Below are positions 54,030 to 64,000 of a DNA stretch of 64,000 nucleotides, one piece after another; the stretch's first letter is position 1, and the number at the start of each line of letters is the position of its first letter. Under the pieces are notes generated by a model. That model was given only the letters and a program-made list of their open reading frames with translations. It was not told where the DNA came from and did not search any database. The position numbers and the translations under genes are program-made. This DNA is from Rhodospirillales bacterium. Lineage in GTDB: Bacteria; Pseudomonadota; Alphaproteobacteria; Bin95. The DNA lies in the NCBI GenBank assembly GCA_038143065.1, contig JAYQLI010000035.1, positions 1,568,894 through 1,632,893 of the forward strand. The letters are read 5' to 3'.

Positions 54030-54180
54030 TACAAAAGCTCTCACCTAATTAATCAAACATCCAGAAATCAGATCATTGATTCTTAAGACAACTGCCTTGC
54101 GCCGAGGGCATCGCACGAATAGCCTTTACAATGGAATTTTTCTCGGCGCTGACTGCAGGCATATAAGGAGTTGAGTTAAT

Positions 54181-55314
54181 ATGGATTTTGAGCTGTCGGA
54201 AGATCAAGTTCTGCTTCAAGAAAGCGTGCAACGGTTCGTGCAAGATAATTACTCGTTCGACCAGCGCCGCAAATTGGTTGATACCGATAGAGGCTTCTCA
54301 GATGCTCATTGGAAACAATTTGCCGAACTTGGCTGGTTAGGCATGGCCTTTCCAGAGGAGGTGGGAGGTTATGGCGGCACACCCGTAGAAACAATGATCG
54401 TTTTGGAAGAATTCGGGAAAGGGCTTGTTGTAGAGCCATTCATTTCAACCGTTGTTCTCGGTGGCGGTGCAATAGTTGCTGGGGGTTCAAACAGTCAAAA
54501 ACAAGAGATCGTAGGCCAGATCGCCGAAGGAGAGTTAAAGTTGGCTCTGGCGTTTGCTGAACGTCAATCTCGCTACAATCTCGCAGATGTAGAAACCAAA
54601 GCTGAAGCATCTGGCAATGACTACATTCTTTCCGGAGCCAAAAGCGTTGTTTTTGGGGCGCCGTCAGCTGACAAATTCATTGTATCCACCCGTACTAGTG
54701 GGGGATCTCGTGAAGAATTGGGAATCTCTCTCTTTTTAGTAGACGCAAATGCTGATGGTGTTTCCGTTAGGAATTATCCAACAGTAGATGGACTTCGCGC
54801 TGGAGAGTTGACTTTAAGCGGTGTCAAAGTTCCCAATAGCTCAATGGTCGGTGCTAAGGACCATGGTTTTAGCATTCTAGATAAGGTAATTGACCACGCC
54901 ATCGCAGCCACGGCAGCAGAAGCAACTGGCGCCATGAGTGCGCTGAATGATATGACACTGGAATACATCAAAACACGAGAACAGTTCGGTCAACCGATTG
55001 GAAAATTCCAGGTTCTACAGCATCGAATGGTTGACATGTTCATCGCTCATGAGGAAGCAAAGTCGATGGCCATGATGGTAGCGATGCGCGTCTCTGATGA
55101 AGATGAGAACGAACGCCGAAAGGCAGCGAGTGCCTGTAAAGTTCAAATTGCCAAGTCGTGTCGCTTCGTTGGCCAACAAGCAATCCAGCTCCATGGTGGC
55201 ATCGGCATGACTGATGAATATGCTGCTGGATATTACTTCAAACGCCTTACAATGATTGACCGCAGCTTTGGTGACGGTGATTTTCATCTGGCACGTTTTG
55301 GTCAGCTCAGTTAA
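54181..55314 (+). CDS. Acyl-CoA dehydrogenase, PimD-like small subunit
   Basis: MDFELSEDQ, ELGWLG, REQFGQPIGKFQVLQHRMVDM, QLHGGIGMTDE, ends FKRL...FGD without the YEGT motif. Confidence 0.85.
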   Translation: MDFELSEDQVLLQESVQRFVQDNYSFDQRRKLVDTDRGFSDAHWKQFAELGWLGMAFPEEVGGYGGTPVETMIVLEEFGKGLVVEPFISTVVLGGGAIVAGGSNSQKQEIVGQIAEGELKLALAFAERQSRYNLADVETKAEASGNDYILSGAKSVVFGAPSADKFIVSTRTSGGSREELGISLFLVDANADGVSVRNYPTVDGLRAGELTLSGVKVPNSSMVGAKDHGFSILDKVIDHAIAATAAEATGAMSALNDMTLEYIKTREQFGQPIGKFQVLQHRMVDMFIAHEEAKSMAMMVAMRVSDEDENERRKAASACKVQIAKSCRFVGQQAIQLHGGIGMTDEYAAGYYFKRLTMIDRSFGDGDFHLARFGQLS

Positions 55315-55356
55315 CCGGCATTAAATACGTAAGTCGACCGCCAAGGGGATCGAATA

Positions 55357-56202
55357 ATGTTAAAAAGTATTGTTGTTGCGTTGGATGGCTCCAACTCAAG
55401 CGCAAATGCCCAAGACCTAGCTATAGAAGTGGGCAAAAGAACTGGTGCAGAACTAATTGGCTTAGGTGTGTTAGATGTGCCTTGGATCACGGCTCCTCGG
55501 GCTACACCAATCGGCGGTGGAACATTCCAGGCTCACAGAAACGAAGCTCTTTTAGAACAAGGTCGTGACACTATTCGCGATCGGATTACATCGTTTCATG
55601 AAAAGTGTGGCGCTGCGAAAGTGGATTGCAGTGCAATTGGTGCTGAAGGTGATCCTGTTGAACAAATCGATCAGGAAGCCGATCGCCATGATATGATAAT
55701 CATAGGCCGGCAAACCAATTTTCATGGCGGTGAGGATCATGAGATTGGGGAAACTGTTGAAAAACTGCTGAAAGATACTCCTAGACCTCTAATGATTGCG
55801 CCTGAGGATATGGCCTCGGGAGCTGACGCAAATAAGGTAGTAGTCGCATTCGATGGAAGTGTTACCGCTTCTCGAGCAATGCATATGTTTGTATTGCTGG
55901 GCCTAGCTGAAGGGCGAGAAGTCCATGTAGTATCTATTGATGAAGACCCTGGCAAAGCTCAAGGCCTCGCTGAACGATCAGTGGCACTTTTCCGAAGTTA
56001 TGGGATTAAAGCAGAAGCAAACGGGCTTGCACACAACGGCTCAAATTCCTCAGCTATTCTGGGAGCGGTAGCAGGACTCAATGCCGGACGGCTGGTTATG
56101 GGAGCGCTCGGCCATGAAGGATTCCTTCGACGGGCCTTAATGGGCTCCACTACTAGAGAACTCATCCACGAAGCTAACGTTCCTATTTTTGTGCACCACT
56201 GA
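55357..56202 (+). CDS. Universal stress protein, tandem USP domains
   Basis: IVVALDGS / VVVAFDGS, MGALGH...MGSTT. Confidence 0.88.
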   Translation: MLKSIVVALDGSNSSANAQDLAIEVGKRTGAELIGLGVLDVPWITAPRATPIGGGTFQAHRNEALLEQGRDTIRDRITSFHEKCGAAKVDCSAIGAEGDPVEQIDQEADRHDMIIIGRQTNFHGGEDHEIGETVEKLLKDTPRPLMIAPEDMASGADANKVVVAFDGSVTASRAMHMFVLLGLAEGREVHVVSIDEDPGKAQGLAERSVALFRSYGIKAEANGLAHNGSNSSAILGAVAGLNAGRLVMGALGHEGFLRRALMGSTTRELIHEANVPIFVHH

Positions 56203-56684
56203 TGCTGATCCGACCCGAACCGTTCGACATCGAAGCCTTTGCCCCATACGGTGAATGTTTTGCTCTACGCGATCTTCAGGGTGATAGACATGACTTTGCC
56301 GCCCAATTGACCAACGGGCGAAGCCATGCGCGACTGAACGTATCTATTAGCAGGTCGAAACCTCAAACCTCGGCAATCAGAGTTGCAGCGTTGGAGCGTC
56401 ATGACCATTCTGCTCAAGCATTCGCTCCAATTGTTGTTAGCCGCTGGCTTGTAGCAATTGCGCCAAATACTTCCGAAGGTGACCCTGACTTCAGTCGACT
56501 ACGTGCATTTGTGATGGATGAAAATTTAGGCATTTGCTATCGCCCCAATGTTTGGCATCACCCTTTTGCTTGCTTCGACACCCCAGCTGAAATGCTCATG
56601 CTACGTTGGGATGATCAGACTGAATCAGATACAACCTGGGCGAAAACCCCAAGCGGTTCTGAAATACAAATTTCTCTGCCCTGA
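56202..56684 (+). CDS. allA: Ureidoglycolate lyase (AllA)-like cupin
   Basis: EAFAPYG, LERHDHSAQAF, GICYRPNVWHHP. Confidence 0.75.
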   Translation: MLIRPEPFDIEAFAPYGECFALRDLQGDRHDFAAQLTNGRSHARLNVSISRSKPQTSAIRVAALERHDHSAQAFAPIVVSRWLVAIAPNTSEGDPDFSRLRAFVMDENLGICYRPNVWHHPFACFDTPAEMLMLRWDDQTESDTTWAKTPSGSEIQISLP

Positions 56685-56723
56685 AACAGGGTCAGCATCA
56701 ATTAATCTTGTAGGAGTTTTTTT

Positions 56724-57791
56724 ATGCCCAAGCTTCGTATTGCTGTGTTGCCTGGTGACGGAATAGGTAAAGAAGTTGTACCTGAGGGCATTAAGGTTCT
56801 AGAGGCTGTAGGACGAAAATTTAATATTAATTTTAAATTTGATGAATATGATTGGTCATGTGAAAATTTTGCAGCGACCGGCCGACTGATGCCCGAGGAC
56901 GGGATAGAGATGATTAGGCCAACAGATGCAATTTTCTTAGGCGCTGTTGGTTGGCCTACCGTACCCGACCACGTGTCTCTATGGGATATGCTAATCCCTA
57001 TCAGGCGAGAATTTGAGCAATATGCGAACCTCAGGCCGTGCAGCATGTTTCCTGGCACAACAACGCCTTTAGCAAACAGGGATCCAGAGGATATCGATTT
57101 TTTCGTGGTACGAGAAAATTGTGAAGGCGAATATTCTGAAATTGGCGGACGCCTTTACACTGGAACGGAACACGAGCTAGCCATGCAGGAAGCCGTGTTT
57201 ACTCGAAGAGGGTGTGACAGGATTATTCGTTATGCTTTCGAGCTTGCACGTCGCGAAGGTCGAAAGAAGGTCACAAGCGCCACCAAATCCAATGGCATTA
57301 TTCATACCATGCCCTACTGGGATGAACGCTTTGCTGCCATTGCAGAGGAATACCCTGAAATTGAAACTGATAAGTACCACATCGACATTTTGACAGCACA
57401 CTTTGTGCAACACCCTGATTGGTTTGACGTAGTGGTGGGTTCAAACCTTTTTGGCGACATTCTCTCCGATCTTGGCCCAGCCGTTGCTGGTTCAATTGGC
57501 ATAGCTCCCTCATCAAATATCAACCCTGAACGCAATCACCCCTCTATGTTCGAGCCCGTTCATGGTTCCGCTCCGGATATTGCAGGACAAGGCATAGCAA
57601 ATCCGATTGGCCAAATATGGTCTGGAGCGATGATGATGGAACACCTGGGGCACCCAGATGCTGCTCGTGCAATTGAAAAAGCGATTGAAATTGTGCTGAC
57701 AGAAGGTGGGCCACGAACAAAAGATATGGGCGGCAATGCAGGTACCGTTACTGTTGGTGACGCCATCGCTGAGGCTCTAGCTGAAACATGA
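56724..57791 (+). CDS. ttuC: Tartrate dehydrogenase / D-malate dehydrogenase (decarboxylating)
   Basis: PGDGIGKEV, VPDHVSLW, TSATKSNG, MPYWDE, SNLFGDILSDL, EPVHGSAPDIAG. Confidence 0.9.
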   Translation: MPKLRIAVLPGDGIGKEVVPEGIKVLEAVGRKFNINFKFDEYDWSCENFAATGRLMPEDGIEMIRPTDAIFLGAVGWPTVPDHVSLWDMLIPIRREFEQYANLRPCSMFPGTTTPLANRDPEDIDFFVVRENCEGEYSEIGGRLYTGTEHELAMQEAVFTRRGCDRIIRYAFELARREGRKKVTSATKSNGIIHTMPYWDERFAAIAEEYPEIETDKYHIDILTAHFVQHPDWFDVVVGSNLFGDILSDLGPAVAGSIGIAPSSNINPERNHPSMFEPVHGSAPDIAGQGIANPIGQIWSGAMMMEHLGHPDAARAIEKAIEIVLTEGGPRTKDMGGNAGTVTVGDAIAEALAET

Positions 57792-58237
57792 CGCGCTACG
57801 CGCCGCACTGGTTTGAAGACTTTGAAGCAGGCCAGACCTTCGAGACCGCAAAGTACACATTTACCGAAGGGTCTATTGCCGATTTTGAATTAATGTGGGA
57901 CCCCCAACCATTCCACTTAGACCAGGAATACGCGAAGGCATCAATTTACGGCAGTGTTATTGCAAGTGGCTTTCACACTCAACTGATTGCTTTCAGGCTG
58001 GCCTTTCAATCAGGAGTGTTTGGTCACAATCGGGGCGGGCGCGGGCTGGATGAGCTCCGTTGGCATAAACCTGTTATAGCGGGAGACACTATTATGGTGC
58101 GGTTTAGCATTCATAACACTAAACCCGCTCGAACTTCTGGCCATGTGGTCGTCGATTATGAGGTCTTTAATCAAAACAACGACAAAGTCATGACTGCGAG
58201 GCTAAACTATGTTGTGGCCAAGCGCCCAGAACCTTAA
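57788..58237 (+). CDS. MaoC-like hotdog dehydratase
   Basis: FEDF, DPQPFHLD, IASGFHT, RWHKPV..GD. Confidence 0.85.
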   Translation: MTRYAPHWFEDFEAGQTFETAKYTFTEGSIADFELMWDPQPFHLDQEYAKASIYGSVIASGFHTQLIAFRLAFQSGVFGHNRGGRGLDELRWHKPVIAGDTIMVRFSIHNTKPARTSGHVVVDYEVFNQNNDKVMTARLNYVVAKRPEP

Positions 58238-58349
58238 TCCTCTGGAGACGTCGAAACCTGCAACAGGGTCTCGATTCAAGCAACTTAAAACACTAAAAAA
58301 GTTCGACCAATCCATCTTTCAGACAATTTTATAGCAGCGGAAATTTCTC

Positions 58350-59414
58350 ATGTCGGAAACAGAACAGACCATACCAATTACCGTAATTACAGGGTTCTTG
58401 GGTTCCGGAAAAACTACTCTGCTATCAAAACTTCTTCGCCATCCAGGCATGGATAAAGCCGCCGTGATCATCAATGAGTTTGGTGAGGTAGGTCTCGATC
58501 ATGAACTAGTAGAGAAGTCTGAAGAAGAACCAATTTTGATGGAGTCAGGGTGCCTTTGCTGTACGCTTCGGACGGACCTAGTAGAGACCTTGCATGATCT
58601 CTTTGGCCGTCGCGCAAGGGGCGAGACAATTGAGTTTGATAGAGTTGTGATAGAAACAACCGGACTGGCTGATCCAGCACCTATTGTCCACACGCTTATT
58701 GCCGATCCCCTTGTTGGACGATGCTTTCACCTGGATAGCGTTGTTGCGACCGTCGATGGAGCTAACGGTGGAGGCACGCTCGATGCTCATGAAGAAAGCG
58801 TCCGACAGGCAGCCGTTGCTGACCGTCTTCTAATAACAAAAACAGATATCGCTGACACATCCTCTATTTCAAAACTAGATGAACGCCTTGATCAAATAAA
58901 TCCTGGCGCTGATAGATTTAAAGTTATTAATGGCGAGATTGAGCCAGGACGTCTCTTTGGAGCGGGGCTTTATGATCCAATGACTAAAACGGCAGACGTT
59001 CAAAGGTGGTTAAACGAAGAGGCTTATAGTGATGAAAATGGCAAAGAGCATGGACATCACCACGACCACGACCACGACCACCATAGTCATGATCATGATC
59101 ATCATGACGGTATCCACGCATTTTGTATTTACAAAGAAGAACCTCTTCCCTGGGAAAGCTGGGTGGGCTTTCTTCAATCATTGATCGACGCGCGTGGCGC
59201 TGACATGCTGCGTATAAAAGGTATCCTTAATGTAGACGGTTTAGAACAGCCTGTAGCAGTTCATGGTGTTCAGCACGTGTTTCATCCTCCAGCCATATTG
59301 GAAAAATGGCCATCAGTAGATCGTCGTTCTCGTTTGGTTTTTATTGCCAAAGATGTACCAGAGCAGGTGATCAAAACAATGCTTGGAAGTTGGGGACAAA
59401 AAGAAAAGGTCTGA
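58350..59414 (+). CDS. CobW/COG0523-family GTPase metallochaperone
   Basis: GFLGSGKT, NEFGE, GCLCC, ETTGLADP, TKTD, His-rich linker, RIKG. Confidence 0.92.
   Translation: MSETEQTIPITVITGFLGSGKTTLLSKLLRHPGMDKAAVIINEFGEVGLDHELVEKSEEEPILMESGCLCCTLRTDLVETLHDLFGRRARGETIEFDRVVIETTGLADPAPIVHTLIADPLVGRCFHLDSVVATVDGANGGGTLDAHEESVRQAAVADRLLITKTDIADTSSISKLDERLDQINPGADRFKVINGEIEPGRLFGAGLYDPMTKTADVQRWLNEEAYSDENGKEHGHHHDHDHDHHSHDHDHHDGIHAFCIYKEEPLPWESWVGFLQSLIDARGADMLRIKGILNVDGLEQPVAVHGVQHVFHPPAILEKWPSVDRRSRLVFIAKDVPEQVIKTMLGSWGQKEKV
59049..59109 (+). repeat. His/Asp-coding microrepeat inside COG0523 gene
   Basis: (CACGAC)x3 then CATGAT repeats, encoding HGHHHDHDHDHHSHDHDHHD. Confidence 0.85.
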
Positions 59415-59418
59415 AGCT

Positions 59419-60523
59419 ATGAAAATTGTTCGTGCTGATACGCATTGGATAGCCGTCCCCTTTGAACACGGTGGACCATCGAATACCGGCTTTGGAGGCA
59501 GGCCTTGGGCAAATATGCAAACCCTTATTGTCGAAATCGAGACGGATAATGGCCTTGTTGGCCATGGGGAAATTTTTGGACACAACGGCATTCCCTCTGC
59601 ACTCGCTGCATTCGAACATCAAATCAAACCCTTCATTCTAGGAGAGACGCTAGCGCTATTGCGCCCTTAATGCTGGAACTTCAGAAGGTTAATCATAACT
59701 TTGGGCGCTACGGACAAACACTCTTTGCCATATCCGGTGTAGATATTGCTCTTTGGGATATCGCTGGAAAAGCAGCAAATATGCCTTTATGGCAACTGCT
59801 TGGCGGATCTACTGAAGAGAGCGTGCCTGCTTATTCAAGTCTTATGCGTTTTGGTGATCCCGAATTTGTGGAACAACGTTCAGCAGACTCCGTTGCTTTA
59901 GGGTATAAACACGTAAAATTGCATGAACGGACCCCTGAGGCGGTTGAAGCAGCACGTAGAGGGGTGGTCCCGATTTTAAAATAATGGTTGATGTGAACTG
60001 TCCCTGGAACGTAGCAGAAGCCATAGAGATCGGAGACGCGATGTCTGAACATGGAGTTTACTGGCTTGAAGAACCAGTTTGGCCACCAGAAAACTTTGAT
60101 GGATTAGCCGAAGTCCGCAACAATGGCGTTTGCAATGTAGCTGCTGGCGAAAATGCATCGACAGCTTGGGAATTTCAACAAATGATGCAGGCGGGTGCTG
60201 TTGATTGGGCACAACCAAGTGTATCTAAAGTTGGTGGCATCACGGAATTTCTAAAAGTATGCAAGCTGGCTGAAATGCATAACATCGGTATCGCCGCGCA
60301 CTCACCCTATTTTGGCCCTGGCTACATCGCAACTATGCACCTCTTAGCTGCTTACACTGGGCAAAAGGCTCCTCTTGAGCGCCTTTTTGGTACACTGGAA
60401 GCAACACTTTACCCTGGACTAACCGAACCAGGATTGGACGGACGTATACGCCTCCCCCTTGGCGCAGGTCTTGGCCAAGAGCCTAGCAAAGAAGTGATAA
60501 AGGAGTATCGTGTCAAAGCATGA
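59419..60523 (+). CDS. Mandelate racemase/muconate lactonizing enzyme family (frameshifts near 59645 and 59961-59964)
   Basis: [48 protein letters not shown] across three frames. Confidence 0.87.
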
Positions 60524-60553
60524 CCAATCTTCAAACAGAGACTCCCCAGCTCA

Positions 60554-61824
60554 TTAAGTCTCTTCAACCTCCTGGCGGAGTCTTAAAACCAAGGAAGGGC
60601 TAACCTTGCCATCCTCGAAGACTCCTATTTTCCGTTGATATTCTATAACCGCTTCTTGAGTTGCACTAAGGTCATCAAAATCTCCGTCGATTGGTCCAGA
60701 ATAAAGTCTTAAAGATTTTAGATAGCGCCGCGCCAATATTAACTGGAAACGTTCTTCACGTTTGGACCAATCCCAAAAATCCGGATCTAATTTTTCTGCC
60801 TCTGCAAGATCTGTTCGCGCCTCTTGAAGACGACCCAATTGCCAATAAACGAAAGCCCTGCTGTCTAGCGCCGGAAATGTTTTGGGTCAGCTAGTATTGC
60901 CTTATCACAGTCAGATAGCGCACCCTCAGGATCGGGCTGCAAGGCCTTTACCCAGGACCTTGCATTAAGCGCATCAGCCTCCTCAGGAACTATTTGAACA
61001 AACTTATTTGCCGCTGCAAGAGCTTCCCCAAATTGTCCTGCTTCCGTATGAGCTACTGAAGCAGCATCCGCCGCTTCTCTTGCATTCGGAGCAAGCTCAA
61101 GCGCCCATGCTGCATCAGCAGCAGCCCGGTTGTATACGCGTTGTCGCATGTAAATATGGGTCCGAAGAAGATAACCCCCAACCAATTCTGGCTCTTGTTT
61201 TAAGGCCTCACGAATATCAGTCAGAGCCTTGTCGGCCTGACCTAATGAAAAAGAAACTGTCGCGCGCGTCAGCCTAAATTGGGCAACTTCTGGAGATAAT
61301 TCTACCGCCTGCTCTAGGTCACCTAATGCGAAAGTTAATTGATTTCGACGAATGTAAATTTCAGCCCTGAAGGCATAAGCGCCCGCATTACCTCGGTCGA
61401 GGTCTATTGCTGTCGAAACATCTGCAATTGCTGACTGCCAATCCTCAAGCGCCATGAAGGCTCCGGCACGAACTAAAAAAGCCTGCGGAAAATCACGTTT
61501 TAGATTTATGGCTTCTGAAGCTGCATCAATAGAGGCCTGGGGCTCTCCAATGCGACGCAGAGCTTCAGCGCGTCCCATATTTGCGAAGGCCCGTGCATCA
61601 TTGCTCAATTCTGTAATAGCCAACAGTGAGTCGCAGGCTGAGAGATGCTCTGAAGGAATAGCAGGTGGGCGAACAATACAAAGTTCAACTATTTCTGCTC
61701 GTTCAAGCTTTGTATCAGAAAATGCTTCAGTAGCTGCTGTAAGTTTTTGGGATGAGAGCCCTAGAACTATACTGAGTAAAATTGCAACGCTACGGACCAT
61801 GCGCCAAAATCCTTTAAACTCCAT
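60554..61824 (-). CDS. Exported TPR-repeat protein with C-terminal peptidoglycan-binding-like domain (frameshift near 60873)
   Basis: Signal peptide, several TPR-like repeats; restored frame gives ALDSRAFVYWQLGR into ORF 60554-60838 with LYSGPIDG...TQEAVIEYQ...DG. Confidence 0.72.
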
Positions 61825-61940
61825 TTACAATGAAATGTGGTGTCTATCATGATAGTTCCAGTCCAACTGTGATCAAAGATTACAACTTGACCAAATCCTA
61901 AGGACGCGAAACGTTATGCATTCTGGTTTAGGAGAAATTT

Positions 61941-63337
61941 ATGACTAACGATCCAGCCTTTCTGCCCGCACACTTACTATCGACAGCCTTCGATGCGGGT
62001 GAACTTAGTCCATCAGAGGTTCTTGAGGCGCAACTGAGTCGTATTGAACGGCATGGGGAAAACTTGCTGCGTTTACGGAAGTATACGCAGATGACGCTAG
62101 ACAGGCAGCTGCTAGCGCAACCGATGCCATAAGACGCGGCTGGCGGATTGGACCTCTGCACGGCGTAACGATCGCACTTAAAGACCTCTGCGAGATCAAA
62201 GGCCGGGAAACAAAGGGAGGCACTGCAGCAAATGCTGGTCGGATAAGTACCTATACCGCAACAATTGCTGAACGGGCTCTGGCAGCTGGCATGATTATTA
62301 TTGGCAAGACCCATACCGTTGAATTTGCAATGGGGGGATGGGGATCAAACCAGCGTCTTGGAACACCCTGGAACCCTTGGGATGCAAACATTCATCGCGC
62401 CCCAGGCGGTTCTTCTTCGGGATCAGGCGTTGCGGTTGCGGCTGGATTAACCACGATGGCTATTGGAACGGACACTGGTGGCAGTGTGCGCCTACCTGCT
62501 GCTTGGAATGGTCATTTCGGATTAAAAACTTCCTTGGGCCGTTTTAGTGTGCATGGCGTTCTACCACTTGCAGAGAGCCTGGATACACCCGGCCCAATGA
62601 CTAGGTCTTCTGAAGACGCTGCTTTACTATACAATGCGCTGCAAGGGCCAGATCCAAACGATCTATTAACTTATCGTCCTCCGTATCGTGATCCCCTCCC
62701 CGAATTGAAGCTTGGGTTAGAAGGCCTTCGCGTAGGCATCATGCCAGACTGCGATCGTGATGGTGTAAATCCCGAAATTTTAGATGCCTACGATGCTGCA
62801 TTGAAAATATGTGAAACCTCCGGAGCTCAGTTGGTTCAAATCAAGCTACCTGTTCCAATTAAAGATTTGGCTGGCCCTGTCGGAAATATCATCCATGCCG
62901 AGGGATATGCTCACTACAGCCACTTAGTGGATGATCCTGCTTCACCTCTTGATGAAGATGTTCGGGCTCGACTTGCAAGTGCTAAAAACTCCTCTGCAAG
63001 GGATTACGTTTTAGCGAAACGAGAGCAGCAAAAATTGATCAAAGCTTTTCATCAAGCTGCTGCAAAGGTTGATGTAGTTCTTACCCCAACAACTTCGGAA
63101 CCTGCACCTGTAGTGACTGAGATAGATCAAACAGCTACACCCGCACTTTTCACCAGAGCTGTTAACATGGCGGAAATGTGTGCATGCGCTGTACCTATTG
63201 GCTTCTCATCTGGAGGGCTACCACTTTCTGCTCAATTCGTGGCTGCTTATGGCTCTGAGCCATTAGCTCTGCGAGCTGCGTGGGGTTACGAAAAAGCTTC
63301 GGGCTGGAGCATCCAAACACCAGAGGGCTTTAAATGA
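61941..63337 (+). CDS. Amidase-signature family protein (frameshift at 62055-62062)
   Basis: LHGVTIALKD, GKT..EFA, PGGSSSGS, GTDTGGSVRLPAA. Confidence 0.9.
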
Positions 63338-64000
63338 CGCGCCAAATACATCTCGTTGCTTTCATGCAAGCACAGAATTGCACGACCATACCTGCGGCCT
63401 GGCGTCATCCAGAAGCGAGGCCTGATTTCACATCGGCCGCCTACTTTCAGCATATTGCGCAGGTTTTAGAGCATGGGAAATTTGATGTTGCCTTTTTTGA
63501 TGACCGATTGGCCATGCCAGATATGTATACGGGTGACCATGCCCATACCGTAGAGCACGGGATACGTGCCGTAAAAATGGATGCCGCAACGGTAATGATG
63601 GCCATGGGGATGGGCTGCAAGTATCTGGGCTTGGGAGCCACATATTCAACTACCTACTTTCAACCTTTTCACGTTGCACGTCTCTTCCAATCTGTCGATC
63701 TGATGCTCAATGGCAGAGCAGCATGGAATGTCGTTACTTCGGTTAACGATAACGAAGCCAAAAATATGGGTCTTGATGGCGTCATTGCTCACGATAATCG
63801 CTATGACATGGCCGATGAATTCATGGAAGCCGTGCTTGGCCATTGGGATAGTTGGGATGATAACGCAATCATTCTAGACAAAAATAACGGGGTATTTGCA
63901 AAACCCGGAAGCGTTCGTCGAATTGACCATAAAGGAGAGTATTTCCAAACTCGCGGCCCATTCACTGTTCCTCGTTCGCCGCAAGGTAGACCCGTCATCA
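63334..64000 (+). CDS. NtaA/DmoA/SnaA-family FMN-dependent monooxygenase (3' truncated by window; absent from ORF track)
   Basis: Manual translation: MTRQIHLVAFMQAQNC..AWRHP..GKFDVAFFDD..TYSTTY..PFHVAR..GRAAWNVVTS..PRSPQGRPVI; ATGA overlap with amidase. Confidence 0.9.
   Translation, partial: MTRQIHLVAFMQAQNCTTIPAAWRHPEARPDFTSAAYFQHIAQVLEHGKFDVAFFDDRLAMPDMYTGDHAHTVEHGIRAVKMDAATVMMAMGMGCKYLGLGATYSTTYFQPFHVARLFQSVDLMLNGRAAWNVVTSVNDNEAKNMGLDGVIAHDNRYDMADEFMEAVLGHWDSWDDNAIILDKNNGVFAKPGSVRRIDHKGEYFQTRGPFTVPRSPQGRPVI

Noticed and set aside
59049-59109. Short tandem repeats as a CRISPR array or contingency locus
   Set aside because: In-frame hexamers encoding the normal His-rich linker of COG0523 proteins; no spacers or cas genes

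Overview
Gene-dense 64-kb chromosomal segment, most likely from a free-living alphaproteobacterium. This is inferred from gene content and order (lapA-trpFBA-accD-folC; ybbN-LON domain; ubiH/glnK-amtB-ftsK-lolA) and from promoter style. About 63 genes: core housekeeping blocks (rpmB, trp/accD/folC, xth, fur, glnK-amtB, ftsK, lolA, pgk, tRNA-Val-GAC) are interleaved with many catabolic and oxidative enzymes. These include four luciferase-like monooxygenases, a Baeyer-Villiger monooxygenase, TauD and DAD-cupin dioxygenases, GlcDE, three acyl-CoA dehydrogenases, two family-III CoA-transferases, two crotonases, SDRs, a hydantoinase/oxoprolinase pair, an amidase, an enolase-superfamily enzyme and a ThDP enzyme. 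I found no transposase, integrase, prophage, CRISPR array or defence gene. About 16 single-base indels, almost all at short homopolymers, disrupt 13 genes including ftsK and fur; this points to long-read consensus error rather than pseudogenes. No clearly new multi-gene system is demonstrable. The best leads are: a glcD-glcE pair with a DAD-type cupin in place of glcF; a structured intergenic element at 9847-10039 with mutually exclusive hairpins; F420-type LLM genes in a proteobacterium; an asparaginase-fold protein with an altered catalytic motif; and an orphan non-catalytic acyl-CoA dehydrogenase subunit.
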